A stretch of 62,268 nucleotides of DNA, filler included, from Rhabdomonas costata (GCA_019059605.1; 26 parts of 26 records of this genome joined end to end with filler, not necessarily neighbours in it); one strand, 5' to 3'. Counted from the whole stretch's first letter, positions 50,924-62,263 are shown. A program made the numbers and translations. The notes: a model not told the origin generated them from the sequence alone.

Positions 50924-52265
50924 TCGAGCGACTTCACGGAGCTGGCGCTGGCTCTTTCTGAGCTGCGTGTGGCTGGATCGAACCTGAACATTGTCGTGCT
51001 GGGCACCGCCTCTGAGCCGGTGTGGCGCCAGTTTCTGTACTTTGACATTGACATCCTGGTCACCGGGGTGTCCTACAACAGAAGCTTGACGAACCCTCCT
51101 CCGCCTGAATATGCCGGCGGTATGCACAGGCTTCGTGGCGGGCGTACTTTTTGGGCCCTCGTCGTTCTGCTTCCATTTTTTTGAGTGTGCTGATTGTGCT
51201 GACCACAACTCGTGCTCCCTTCTCTTCAGCAGTTTTGTTTGATTAGTGTTCTCCATTGTTTATTGCTGGGAGTCAGCACCGTGTATAATATTTCTTGAAA
51301 GGACAACGCAGACAGCGCACACCATGTGGGACTTTGGTCGAGGTTCTGACTCAGGGGAATCGCATCAGGTCACACCGCTGTTCGCAGATCATCAGACGGA
51401 TGGTAGGGCACTCAAAGAACTTTCATCGCTTGATCCCTGCGCGCAGAGGTGAAACAAAGCCGAGGGAGATCGCTTCTTCTCCTTCTTCGCTAGGAACCGG
51501 GGTGGCGTTCCGGTCCAGCCTGCCCAGCACCATCCTATATGTGGACATCGACTTGGACCAGTGGGACATCAGCTCGGAGGGCTTCCTGTCGGTCACGGAA
51601 GTGGATCTTTCCGCCGCAGTGAACTTCACGGCCACCCCCGTGGACGACCCGCAGTACTTCTCCGATCTTGAATGGACCCAGGCCCAGGTCAGCCTGGCAG
51701 GAGCCAGCGACCTCGCCGTAGGGTCCTGCGCAGCGGCCGTACCGTCAGCGTGGGATAGTGGGCTGAACCTGGTGCCCTGCCGCTATCAGGCACCCCACAC
51801 CCTCGCGCCCCGCATCCCGTTCCTGTCACCTTGCTACTGCATGCCTTCGCTTTCTCAGTGCACCTATACGTCGAGTGGTTTTAGCGATGTACTCTGGAGA
51901 TGCGGTCGTTTTAGCCTTCCGGATTAACCCAACTTCTTCTCTACTCTGACCAGTCTGGATTTCGGAAAGAGCACGTGTGTCTCTGCGGATGGGTGCGCAT
52001 GGTAGCACCATGGCAACTTCCCGAAGAAGGGTGGCGGAGGGATTGGAAAAGGGATTCATTGCTTCGCTGAAGTGCAGATCTTGTCAGTGTTCGGCGCACC
52101 CTGAGAACTGCAAGTTCGCTAGGCTAGGCTTCCTTCCCCCCCTTTCTCCGGGGCATTATTTTCGGGGGTCTCCGTTGTCTGCTTGTTAGGAATGCGCTAT
52201 CGGCACCTGGTTTGCCGCCATTCTGGGTTCCTACGCGGGCGCCGACGTCGCGTTTATCAACGGGG
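50924..52265 (+). CDS. 5'-nucleotidase-fold protein (end of metallophosphatase domain and start of C-terminal domain), probably non-catalytic
   Basis: Exons 50924-51119, 51494-51789, 52190-52265. The spliced CRYQECAIGTWFAAIL..ADVAFINGG matches the 5'-nucleotidase C-domain pattern CR..Ec.lG...aD....adia..NgG. Confidence 0.72.
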
Positions 52266-52926
52266 GTGCTTTTCATGCTGGGTGGTCTGCAGGTGAGAGA
52301 TCTTTTTCTGCCCACGGACCTCCTCCTTTGCAGTCTCGTGTGTAGCCAACCAAGCCCTCCGGTTCTGCAGCACCCTTTTTTGCCAGACGAAACACTGCAC
52401 GTCATTTACAGTCGTCTAGCGTCGTCAAAAAGCCGAAGGCGGACGGTTGGTACGCTTCCTGGACTGCCTGGACTGAAGCTTTTTTGGGGCTGATTGAATG
52501 CCACTGGTACAGCCACCCACGACTGGTTTACGAAAAGTTGGAAGGAAGCGCAATAGTGACGCAACAGTCCCAGAGAACTTTACGATACTGCAAAAGAGTG
52601 AAAGCATGATGAAGCAACAAAGGGGCGAGATGTGACCATGAGTTCTGGCTTCGGGTCGCATCTCTACTATGTATCCCACCCATCNNNNNNNNNNNNNNNN
52701 NNNNNNNNNNNNNNNNNNNNNNNNNNNNTTAATTAATTAANNNNNNNNNNNNNNNNNNNNNNNNNNNNNNNNNNNNNNNNNNNNGGGGTGTGGTGAAGAA
52801 AGCGCTGGACTCGGCTGTTAGCCTCGCTGAGTGCGAGTTTCGGTCGGGGAGGCAGACTCAAGGGAGGTCAGGGAGAAAGAGGAAACGACTGAAACTGAAT
52901 TTCGCTGAGGGTGTGTGTGTGCATAC

Positions 52927-55041
52927 GTCTGTGGAGGCGACGATGTTGGGATGCTTCGCTCGAAGCACGTGGGACAGCTCCTGCTGCAACTGGTTCTTCG
53001 TGGTCTGCGAACAGTTGAGGGCCCAACCCTCCCACACCTCACCTCATCTCTTCACTTCACCTCTTGCAACCCCAAAGGGACCTGAAAGCATCCCAGCGAC
53101 ATCCCAAAACAGGCGTGGTAAAACCGCAATACGAGCAGGAATACCTTGCTGTCCAGAGTGATGACCTTCAGGGCGTAGAAGGAGTTCTGGTACTTCACCT
53201 TTCGCACTGAACAGAAGGACGGGGGGAATTGCACAGCCAAAACTGTTGCTGCTACTGCTGCTGCATCCCAGACTAGTGGAATTCGGATCCAGCTTGAAAA
53301 ATTATACTTTGGCTTTGGTTGGATCCCAACATACGGTACACTCTAAGGGGAAAACGATGTAACAACATGCAATTGAATGTCCACATCGTCCACATGGAAG
53401 AAAAGGGGTGCGGCAATACTTTACATAACGCAGAAACCAACCAAAGAAAATGCACTTTCCTTGACAAGGAGACTGAATCCCAAAAAGCCCGCAAAAAAAC
53501 ACTACAGTGAAAATTTCCCGTGGAACCCGCGGCAGATGGAGTGCACTGGAAGGCACGGCAAACCTTTCGCTTGCGAGCCCTTGCCGATTTGGTGCCCGAG
53601 CTGCAGCAGGTTCCACTGAATCTTCCCCAGCAGCTCAGGGGTTTCCTGCTGGGGCTGCTGCTGATGCTGCTGATGCTGCTGCTGCTGGGAAGGGGGATCG
53701 GGCACCCGCGGGCTGGCCGAGGTGCCGCTGGAGCGCACCACGATGGGCTGCCCATCCTGCAGCTCCATCCGTAGGGTGCCATTCTCGCTTCTGAAAGAGA
53801 GAGAGAGAGCGAGAGAGAGCTCGACACATCGCCCTGAACCTCACCGTTTCGAAGGAAAACGGGGATCGTGCCAACGTTCCTCGTGAGGAAAAAAAACGAC
53901 GCCTCCGGTCGGGTGAAGCCGTCGGTCAAGAGACCAATGTTGCAGAAGGACTGCCGGGAGTGTGAGAAGTATTGAAAGAGAAAGGGGCTGAGGTGACGGC
54001 CTGCAAGGAAAATGGACAGGAAATGAGTGGAAAGTACAAGTGAAGTGGATCCAAGCCCTCAAACTTGGCTTCTTTCAACTTCGCACACCAAGTTATATGT
54101 GTATATGCCAGATCCCTCGTTCACTCATTCAGTCAGCTGTGAACAGGGAGAGGTTGGCTGTCACACTTAGCTGCACATCTGCTAGGTGTCCACAACAAGT
54201 GACGGTTGGGGGCAATTGTTCAGCAGTGACGGAAGGTGTTGTGTCTGCGTATGGCTCCACAATGAACTGGATAAGTGAACCATGCAGTTGACAAGCAACG
54301 CAGAATATGCGCAGCTCACGGGAAGAATGAAAGTGGGACTGTGCGCCGAGAGGGAAGAGGGGCGTGGGACATGGGTAACCGCTAACAGTGGTTCTTCAAA
54401 CATGCAAGCAAGCAACAAAAGAACAAGCAGAGAGAGAGAGAGAGCCAGAGAGACTGGGCATGAGGGGAAGAAAGAGTGAGTGAGAGAATCGCTGGAGTAG
54501 TGGTGGTGATGGTTTGTGAGTGTGGGTGTTTCGGTGCAATGAATTCAGCTCCACGAAGCACTGAGGCAAGATGTGGGATAAGAAGAGAAGAGAGCGTCGG
54601 CTGTGAGACGAGAGAAATAAAAAATAGCACAAAATGTTTAGAGACGAAAGACAGAAGGGCACTACTGAAGAATGGAAGTGAACTTCTCCAATGGGGTGGA
54701 TAAAAGAGCTGTGAAACGCACGAAAGAGTGGCGATGGGCGCGGTGGCAGGGTTTGGTAGCTTTCACATCTCTTGCTCTATACTGAGGAATATCTGCCATT
54801 GTTGACATGCCTGTTTTCGACAACAACAGAGCACAAAGAATGGATTGAAAGAGCCCAAAATAAGTTGGGCATACATGTGAACGTCCAGCTGTCGCATCGG
54901 GTCCTCGTTCTGGGTAATCGGCGACAGCCGGAGCATACCCTGCACCGGCGCCTTGCGGTGGGGAGGAATGTGCGGCCGAGGCACCCCAGATCCTGGCCCT
55001 CCTGGACCCCTGCCACCGAACATCGCCACAGGCTGGGCCAT
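52927..55041 (-). CDS. MAP kinase kinase (STE7/MEK-like), 5' part
   Basis: Exons include 55041-54883, 53790-53564 (poly-Q, LQLGHQIGKGSQAK), 53206-53145 (VRKVKYQNSFYALKVI) and 53004-52927 (QLQQELSHVLRAKHPNIV): kinase subdomains I-IV in MAP2K style. Confidence 0.8.
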
Positions 55042-55704
55042 GGGCCCGGGACCACAACAACCCCCCACCAACAACCCAACACANNNNNNNNNNNNNNNNN
55101 NNNNNNNNNNNNNNNNNNNNNNNNNNNTTAATTAATTAANNNNNNNNNNNNNNNNNNNNNNNNNNNNNNNNNNNNNNNNNNNNGGTTGGGTGTTTCCAAT
55201 CGTCTTTTAAAAGGCGATATTAAACGTTATCGTCTTTTTGTCCTCGCTATCTCCAGGGAGGGAGGGAGGGGATGGGAACAGACCAAGCTCCGATTGCGCA
55301 GCAGAGGGGCATACCATAGTCCGGACTCTCAGTAAAAGGGGGCGGTTGTTTGTTTTCTACAGGCTCTTTTTTTTTTTGCTTTTTCCTCTGCATCAGTAGA
55401 CAATGCTTCCGCGCTGGTTTTTTGCCGTGAGAGGGTTCTCCTCCTTCAAGGGTTCAGCTTCACTCTCTGGAAGCGCTGCCGTGCAAGAGGGAAACCCTCG
55501 CCCATCCGAAGGGGCGGGGCTCAGCAAACTGCTGAAAACGATGGGCCAGGCGAAGGCTGAATTGAAGCCACTTGTTTTGTCTGCTCCGCAGGTCGCCGTC
55601 TTTTGTTTTTCGATTTGAGCGTTGTGCCTTGAGCCTGGTGGGAGGTGGGGCAAAGAAAGGCGTGGTGAATTCTTATGTTCTTTTTCGGCTGTGTTTCCTT
55701 GCAG

Positions 55705-55878
55705 GGCCCCGAGGCGGGACAGCAGCCTCTGGCTCCCTTTGAACCGCTTCTCAACAGTGCAGTGCCGGCTTCTTGTGCCCCCCGCGTTTCTTTGAATGAA
55801 CTTCTGGCCAAGCCGCCCCCTTTTGACTTAGTGCTGGCAATTGGTGACGATGCTGGCAGAAGGGGTTCAGGCAGCTAG
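55705..55878 (+). CDS. Probable last exon of an unknown gene upstream of the CDK
   Basis: Acceptor ttgcag, 58 codons ending in TAG; in phase with a preceding block ending CAG|gt at 55590. Confidence 0.4.
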   Translation, partial: GPEAGQQPLAPFEPLLNSAVPASCAPRVSLNELLAKPPPFDLVLAIGDDAGRRGSGS

Positions 55879-56273
55879 CACTGTGCACTCTCTTGCAACC
55901 GCTGCACTGTTCGAGCTTGAGGCCTGGTTCGCGTTTGGCATGGCTTGGAAACCACACGATTTCTGCGCAAAATACCTGTGAACTTCGTCCGATTTGGTGA
56001 TTATCGGTGAGGCTCTCATGCACGGTCAGAGTGTTAAAGTTATTAACCTTCTGCTTGACTTTGCTTTCCAGATTGTGCGTGCAATCTTTTCTCGGGAGAT
56101 ATTTTATATGCCGCTGCACATATTGAACCTATGCCATTGCAAGTCTCAAGTCACTTTCCACTTGAATTGTTGCTTGGCTCGTCGGTCGTTGTGGTGGGTA
56201 ATTCCCGGAGGGAGCTGTGCTTCTTTCTCCCTGTGACTCCCAGTTTGATTTTAAAATCTGTTCCAAAAATACT

Positions 56274-57044
56274 ATGGCTGCTTCTCAGTCCTCATCTTCC
56301 ACGGAGACTTCCTTTCAGCAGTGGTGTGTTGGCCGCACTGCGTTGAGGGTGCAGGACCTGCTGGAGAATATCCACAAAGTTGGGGAGGGTGGCTACGGGG
56401 AGGTCTTCAAGGCCCGGGTGCGAAGGACAGACCAGATCGTCGCAGCGAAGAAGCTTCTTCGGAACCACGAAAAGGAGGGCTTCCCGATCACCTCCATCCG
56501 AGAGATCAAGCTGCTGCGGAGGATCAATCACCCTAACATCATCAGGTCTGGTGTACGCTCGGCCGACGCACTCACCAATCACTTGCTGCTGCTGGAATCA
56601 GTTAAAGCAAAAGTACACCTCCACGGCTTCCTGAAGGTTCTGAGACAAGTCTTTTTGAGAGGGGGTGGTTGTAGGCTGATGCCGAGAGAGGACGAAGAGC
56701 AAGGAATCCCAAAGTTCAGACAGTTCTTTGGGGTCCGGCCTCAGGACTCTGTCCAAATCGAGGCATCAGCTTCTGGAACAGTCCTCAGAGTAAGTTAGTC
56801 TTTCATGCCTTTGTTCGCTCTCCAATACGAGCGCCCTCACTATCCTATCTGACCACTGTTGCAGGATAGAGAACATCATGACCTCCTCAGAGTCTGGTAA
56901 CGTGTTTGTGCTGTTCGAGTACATGGAGCACGATCTGGACGGGCTGCTCCACACCGAGCAGCTGCAGCTCTCGCACTGTAAGTGCTACTTCCGGCAAGTT
57001 CTGGAGGGCCTTAAGTGCCTCCACAGCCTCAACATCATGCACAG
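56274..57044 (+). CDS. Cyclin-dependent kinase with PITSIRE motif (CDK9/CDK12/CDKC-like), 5' part
   Basis: Exons 56274-56545 and 56865-57044 give VGEGGYGEVFKA, KEGFPITSIREIKLL, HPNII, FEYMEHDLDGLL and LHSLNIMHR. Confidence 0.93.
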
Positions 57045-57747
57045 GTTGCTCCGCTCGAAGCGTTCTTCTTCCTGCCAACGTCGCACGATCCGTCGATACC
57101 ACACCCTCCCTTTACTAGCACAACATAAACGAACAGGATTAAGGTGGTTTGCCTCCAGGAAAAGGACAAAATCTCTGGGTGCGTGTTTTTACGCCGTTTG
57201 TGACTTTACGGAAACTTTTGTTCTTCAGCGGGTGCAACGTTCGGTTCTTGTAGGCAGCGTAAATGGCGTTGGAGGCATCAATTTTAAGGTGAATGATGTG
57301 GTGGGAGATCGAATCACTGCGTGGGTCCGATGAACAACCCATGCGTGAGAGCTTGGTCACACCGCTTTCTTTCTTCCCGCCCTCACCTCACGTTACCCAC
57401 GCACGTCACTCCATGTAAATCACATCCCAGCTTGCCATCGTTCAGCCCCCCGGATCGTCTGCACCCTCCCGACCCACACCCNNNNNNNNNNNNNNNNNNN
57501 NNNNNNNNNNNNNNNNNNNNNNNNNTTAATTAATTAANNNNNNNNNNNNNNNNNNNNNNNNNNNNNNNNNNNNNNNNNNNNTGTGGTGTGTTGACAGGTT
57601 TCTATTTATCCCTGGACCCCCAATTCAAACTGTAAAATCACATTGGGAGGTTCGGTGGGGGGCGTTCGCTTTAGGCGAAAGTCCCTCACCAAGATCGCGC
57701 GGAAAGTGCCTGCGTTGATTCCATACTGCAGTTTGTTGTGTGGACAG

Positions 57748-59609
57748 GGAGTCTCAGGCACGGGGAGCTGCCTGTGCAGCTCCGGGTATGTCGCCGTGGA
57801 TTGCTCGCTGCCGTGCCCGATGGACCCGGCGACCAACGTGAGCTGCTGGGGCCACGGCCTGTGCGACTTCACCACGGCGAAGTGCACCTGCCAGCCCAAC
57901 TACTACGGTGTGCTGCGAAAGTCGCTGAGTGGTGGGGAGGGGGAAGACAGACACCTAAGATGATTCTAAGTTGCCCAGAGAAGAAGTAACATGTATTGTA
58001 CGTGATGTATTGTACCCCCCCCCAACTCCCGCCGCTCTCGTTCATGTGTGAACCCCGTCGAATTGTTTTCACTGATCACCCTCTCTGTAACCACTTTCCA
58101 TCAATTTTTCTTGCCGCAAGTTAACCATTCCCGCAGCCTTTTTGGTTTTGCCATAATTCGAGCCGGTCTTTTGACTTTTCGGTCCTTTTACGATGCGAAT
58201 GCCTGGTAACTACTTCGAGCCCTCCTTGAAAACCTTAAAGAACCAAAAGTTGCTGAACAGTTCGTTAAGTAACCGTGCTAGCTGCAAATGAAACTTCGGT
58301 GTACAGGATCGGGGTGCGAGTGGGCCTGCTCGCCCTCCGCGGACCGGGCCTGCTCGGGTGCCTCCCGGGGCCGCTGTGACCAGGGTGTCAACGGCACAGG
58401 GGCCTGCACGTGCCTTCCGGGGTACCGCGGGACGACCTGCCAGCTGACCTGCGCTGGCGGTGCCACCACACCATGCTCGGGTAGAGCCTAACACCCTTAC
58501 GCATCCCGCATTGAGAACCCACTTATCAAAAATTTGCTGTGACTTATTTTGCCACTCCGTCGAGTGTGCCATGCGGGGAGATGGTAAGCTGCAGGTGTTG
58601 TATCGCAATTAACTTGCGCGTATGTGACTTTCGTTGTTGGGCGCTATTTTTCGGCATGCTTGGTCCGGTGTGCTGTGCAGGGCATGGGCTGTGCGACGAC
58701 CTGGCGAAGTGCCACTGCTTCAGCAACGCCACCGCAGGGTTCTGGACGGGTGCGGCGTGCGACCGCTGCTCCGCGGGCTTCGCGGGGTCCTCCTGCCTCG
58801 ATTCCTGTGTGCACTACGCCACTTGCCTCAGCAGCACCGCAAGCCAGGCATTGGCCGTATCCATTCCTTCCTTTTCTCCCTCCCACCTGGGTCGCTGCTC
58901 GTCTCGTGCTGTTCTGTTTTCATGTCGTCACAGCATCAGAAAGTGACCTTTGGCAGAAATACCTGGGTGTGCCAGCCCTTGCATGACAGCTCGTGTGAGC
59001 TCTTGCTCTGGCGGCTACTTTGTGTGGCAGCTTCCTCTCCATTTCCTCACAGAACGACTCCTGCCTCTCGCTGGCCACAGAAGCTGCCTGTTTGGCTTCC
59101 ACTTTGGCCGGGCTGGGTGGGCTGGGCTGCGGGTGGGACTCCGCCAACCAGTGGTGCCTCAGCACCCTCTTCGGCGCGGACTGTGGTGTGTCACCTCTCA
59201 CCCCGCTCCCCGCGCTCAGGTGAGGATGCGCGTGAACACGCTGGGAAGTAGCCAGAATTTTACCAGTAGGGGAGGGGTGGGTTGTGCAATCAGAGCTGTT
59301 GTGGTTTGGGTCCGTCATTTGAATTTGGACTCCGACTTTTCCCTTTGCTTAGCTTCCGTATTTGAGGGCGCGCACTCCGTATGCGCGCAGCATATGTATT
59401 TCTTGGGACACTTTTCCTGACATCTTGTCTCTCTACTTTTTCCAACCCTTATTTTTTTTGCTTGTGCGTCGCAGGCTTTGGGCTGGAGTGTGTGTGCCAG
59501 GACAACTGGTTCGGTCCGGATTGCTCCCAGGAGTGTCTTTACATCGTTAATGGTAGCGGAACGAAGACATACTGCAGCGGCAACGGCACCTGCGATGATG
59601 GAACCTCAG
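57748..59609 (+). CDS. EGF/laminin-type cysteine-rich repeat surface protein, internal fragment
   Basis: In-phase exons 57748-57907, 58307-58480, 58681-58847, 59053-59185, 59475-59609 with repeated C.GHG.C..G.C.C..GY.G..C units and GFWTGAACDRC. Confidence 0.88.
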
Positions 59610-60099
59610 GTGCTTTCCCAACACCCCCACAACGCGATTCGCCCGGCTATAGGAAGCCTCCACTCTCTTCTCTTCTCGGGATGGACACCTCATGGGCATG
59701 TGGTCTGCTACTTTGGACCTGAATACTTTGGGCGCAATTCCAGACGTAGATTCGATCCGCTGACCCCCCCCCCTTTCCTGCTTGGCACTCGCGCCCTCAT
59801 ATGGGGGTACTCTGTTTCCTGTTTTTCACGCGCACACACACATACAGACAGACACACCCAACCAAACACACCCACCACNNNNNNNNNNNNNNNNNNNNNN
59901 NNNNNNNNNNNNNNNNNNNNNNTTAATTAATTAANNNNNNNNNNNNNNNNNNNNNNNNNNNNNNNNNNNNNNNNNNNNGTGTTGGGGGAAAAGTCCCCTC
60001 CTCTTTGTATGAGATATATTTGGCACTCCTTCGGCAGATTGCCTTTTTGTGCCTAGCTGTTAGGCGAAAGAACTGTGCATTCAACGGAAAAACTGTGAC

Positions 60100-60134
60100 A
60101 GTGTGCTTTAGTGTGCTTTAGTGTGCTTTAGTGT
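60100..60134 (+). repeat. 10-bp tandem repeat (AGTGTGCTTT) x3.5
   Basis: Directly visible. Confidence 0.85.
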
Positions 60135-60972
60135 TGCAGGGCAAGAGTTTCTGCTGTTTTTTTTTGGGGGGGGGGGCTATGGACACTTTGTAACCCCCCG
60201 CTGTTCACTTTTGCGTAGCGGCGCTATTTATGCCGTGAATCGCGTTCGCTAATGTAGCGTTTGATATACTTGAATAGCGTTCGCTACTCAACCATGCGCA
60301 TTAAAATGTTTTCCATCACCTTTTTCTTCTTCCATCTCACAGAAACGTTTCGTAGGCGAAGCACAGCTCAAATGAGAGCAACTTGACACAATCGCATGAG
60401 AAAATGTACCCAGCACTTGGCGTAAAACGTTTCCCTGCGATCCCGGAACCCCGTCAGTTCAATTCCGTTCAGAAGTTTTTGCATAACGTTCGCTACTCAG
60501 CCGTGAGGAGCGAAAGCTGCAATTCATCCGCACGCAGGATTCGCAGGGGACATCTGTCCAAAAACAAAGCAGTTTAGAAAGGGTCCAAAACAACCCTGAC
60601 CCCGGGGGCCCGTGTCGATTCCTGAATTGAAATGAGTTTTTTGCTCAGCAGCTGAATCTGCTGCTGGCTTAGGGCTCGCCAATGGCTGGGATATGGGCGG
60701 ACGAGTAGGACAGCATTAGTTTAGGAGCGAAGGCCAGTCCGCGCTGCGGCCGGAGCGGGTGGCTGGGGAGGTAACAACTTTTTAAAATATGCTCCCATAG
60801 TAAAAATTGTTACCACTGGTAACGGTTACCCCCCCTACTTCCGTTGCACCACCGAGGGTAGCTCTGTCTTCCTTGTGATGATGTCTTTTTTTTTGCACAA
60901 TGTCGGGAAGGTTTTTCTTTTTCTTCTTTTAACTGCGCTTTCTCTGTCTGTCTCTTTCTGTCACTTTTGTAG

Positions 60973-61549
60973 ACTGAAGGCGGCTGCAACTGCGCATCCA
61001 CCCGCCACAAGCTGCGAGGTGAATGCTTCTATTTCGCGTTCATTTTATACCAGTGGGCACTACTGACTCTGTACATCTCGCCTGGTGACCGTATTTTTTT
61101 TTAGCGCGACTCCAAGTGTTCCTGTCATGTCTTTTTTAAGCACCTCCTAATTGAGATTGCAAGTTGGCGCAATGTATTGGTATGGTGAAGGCTTCACGTC
61201 TCCAGTGTCGATCTTTGTGAAAGTTTGAATATGTGGTCTCTTTAACAGGAACCAAGCCCTCGCCGCACTCTCGTCCTGAGGGGATGCGGTGGGCTGAGGG
61301 GAAACCATAACCTCCAGTAAAATCAGGTCACCCTTGTACTGCTTATGCTTGCGCAAGATATCAAAACTCAATCCTCACCACTGACAGCCTTTTCACGTGA
61401 CTTTCATCCGTGTGTGCGCTGCACCCCTGCAGGTTTCCAAGGCTTCCTCTCTGTCGCTGATCCAGAGGGTCGCGGCCGAGGAGGGCCACACTGCGCATCA
61501 GCTCCAGGCGGTGGTGCAGGCCTTCTCCTCAAATGGCTTGGGGAGCTGA
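60973..61549 (+). CDS. Probable last two exons of an unknown gene
   Basis: 60973-61018 and 61433-61549 join in phase and end in TGA; GC-rich with AG/GT borders. Confidence 0.35.
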
Positions 61550-62121
61550 CCGCCCCACCAAGTCAGTGTAAGTAGCTGTCTTGAATGTCTCCGTGCTTGG
61601 TGTGGGACTGTGGGATATTCTCCCAGTTGTGCGATTGCTGTGGAGGGTCATTGTACAATTTGCAGACTTGCTTGGTTTTTCGACCGGGTGTCCTTGTACA
61701 GGCGTGTTACTCTTCGTGATCTTGTGTGGGTTCCAGCTCTTTTGCATCAATGCTGGGGAGATATCCGCAGTCGTCGAATCCTGAAGCTTTGGCAAAGGAT
61801 TGGAAAGCCATAACTGGTCCTATCAAACCAAAACCAGAGGTAGTATATCTAAGAGTCAATTGGAAGATTGCAAACGCGACAAGATAAGCATTTTGACTGA
61901 GTTAGAATCACTTCAGTCTATAAGCAGTGCTGAATAGCCAAGTTAGAGGCTTGGGAGTTGTCGATAAAACGCTGCAGAGCTGCTGATCGTTTGCCTGCTT
62001 TTTGAGGCTCGAAGCTTGACCTCCCATCCAAACCCCTTTGCATCAGAATTCCCACGCGTTTCGAGAGAATGTTTAATGTCTGAAGGTGTGAAGGTGGGGA
62101 CCATCCTGGGACCATCCTTGT

Positions 62122-62263
62122 GGGTGCTAGGGTGAGATGGCGTTGCGCTTGTTCCCGGAGAGGTTATTGGTCACACACGGGGTCCGAGGGCGATACGCAC
62201 GAAAGGTGAGACTTGTGTAAGGTGGTCCGGGAACAAGCGCAACGCCATCTCACCCTAGCACCC
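62122..62263. repeat. Perfect 38-bp inverted repeat at a contig end; probable fold-back chimera
   Basis: 62122-62159 is the reverse complement of 62226-62263. Confidence 0.9.

Noticed and set aside
58848..59080. Apparent non-canonical junction in the EGF gene
   Set aside because: Resolved by the upstream phase-0 acceptor ctcacag at 59052, which gives a normal intron.
2347..59934. TTAATTAATTAA recurring every ~2.4 kb, resembling a regular repeat array or CRISPR-like structure
   Set aside because: Always embedded in 44+44 Ns. It is a six-frame-stop assembly linker, and ORFs ending in X..LIN are artefacts of it.
191..62115. Most entries of the six-frame ORF track
   Set aside because: They are antisense shadows of GC-rich exons or exon-plus-intron read-throughs started at GTG/TTG; only spliced, phase-consistent models were kept.
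24012..62263. Contig-terminal hairpins read as hairpin telomeres, MITEs or terminators
   Set aside because: All three abut the primer-like tract with G/T-converted mismatches, the pattern expected of template-switch chimeras.
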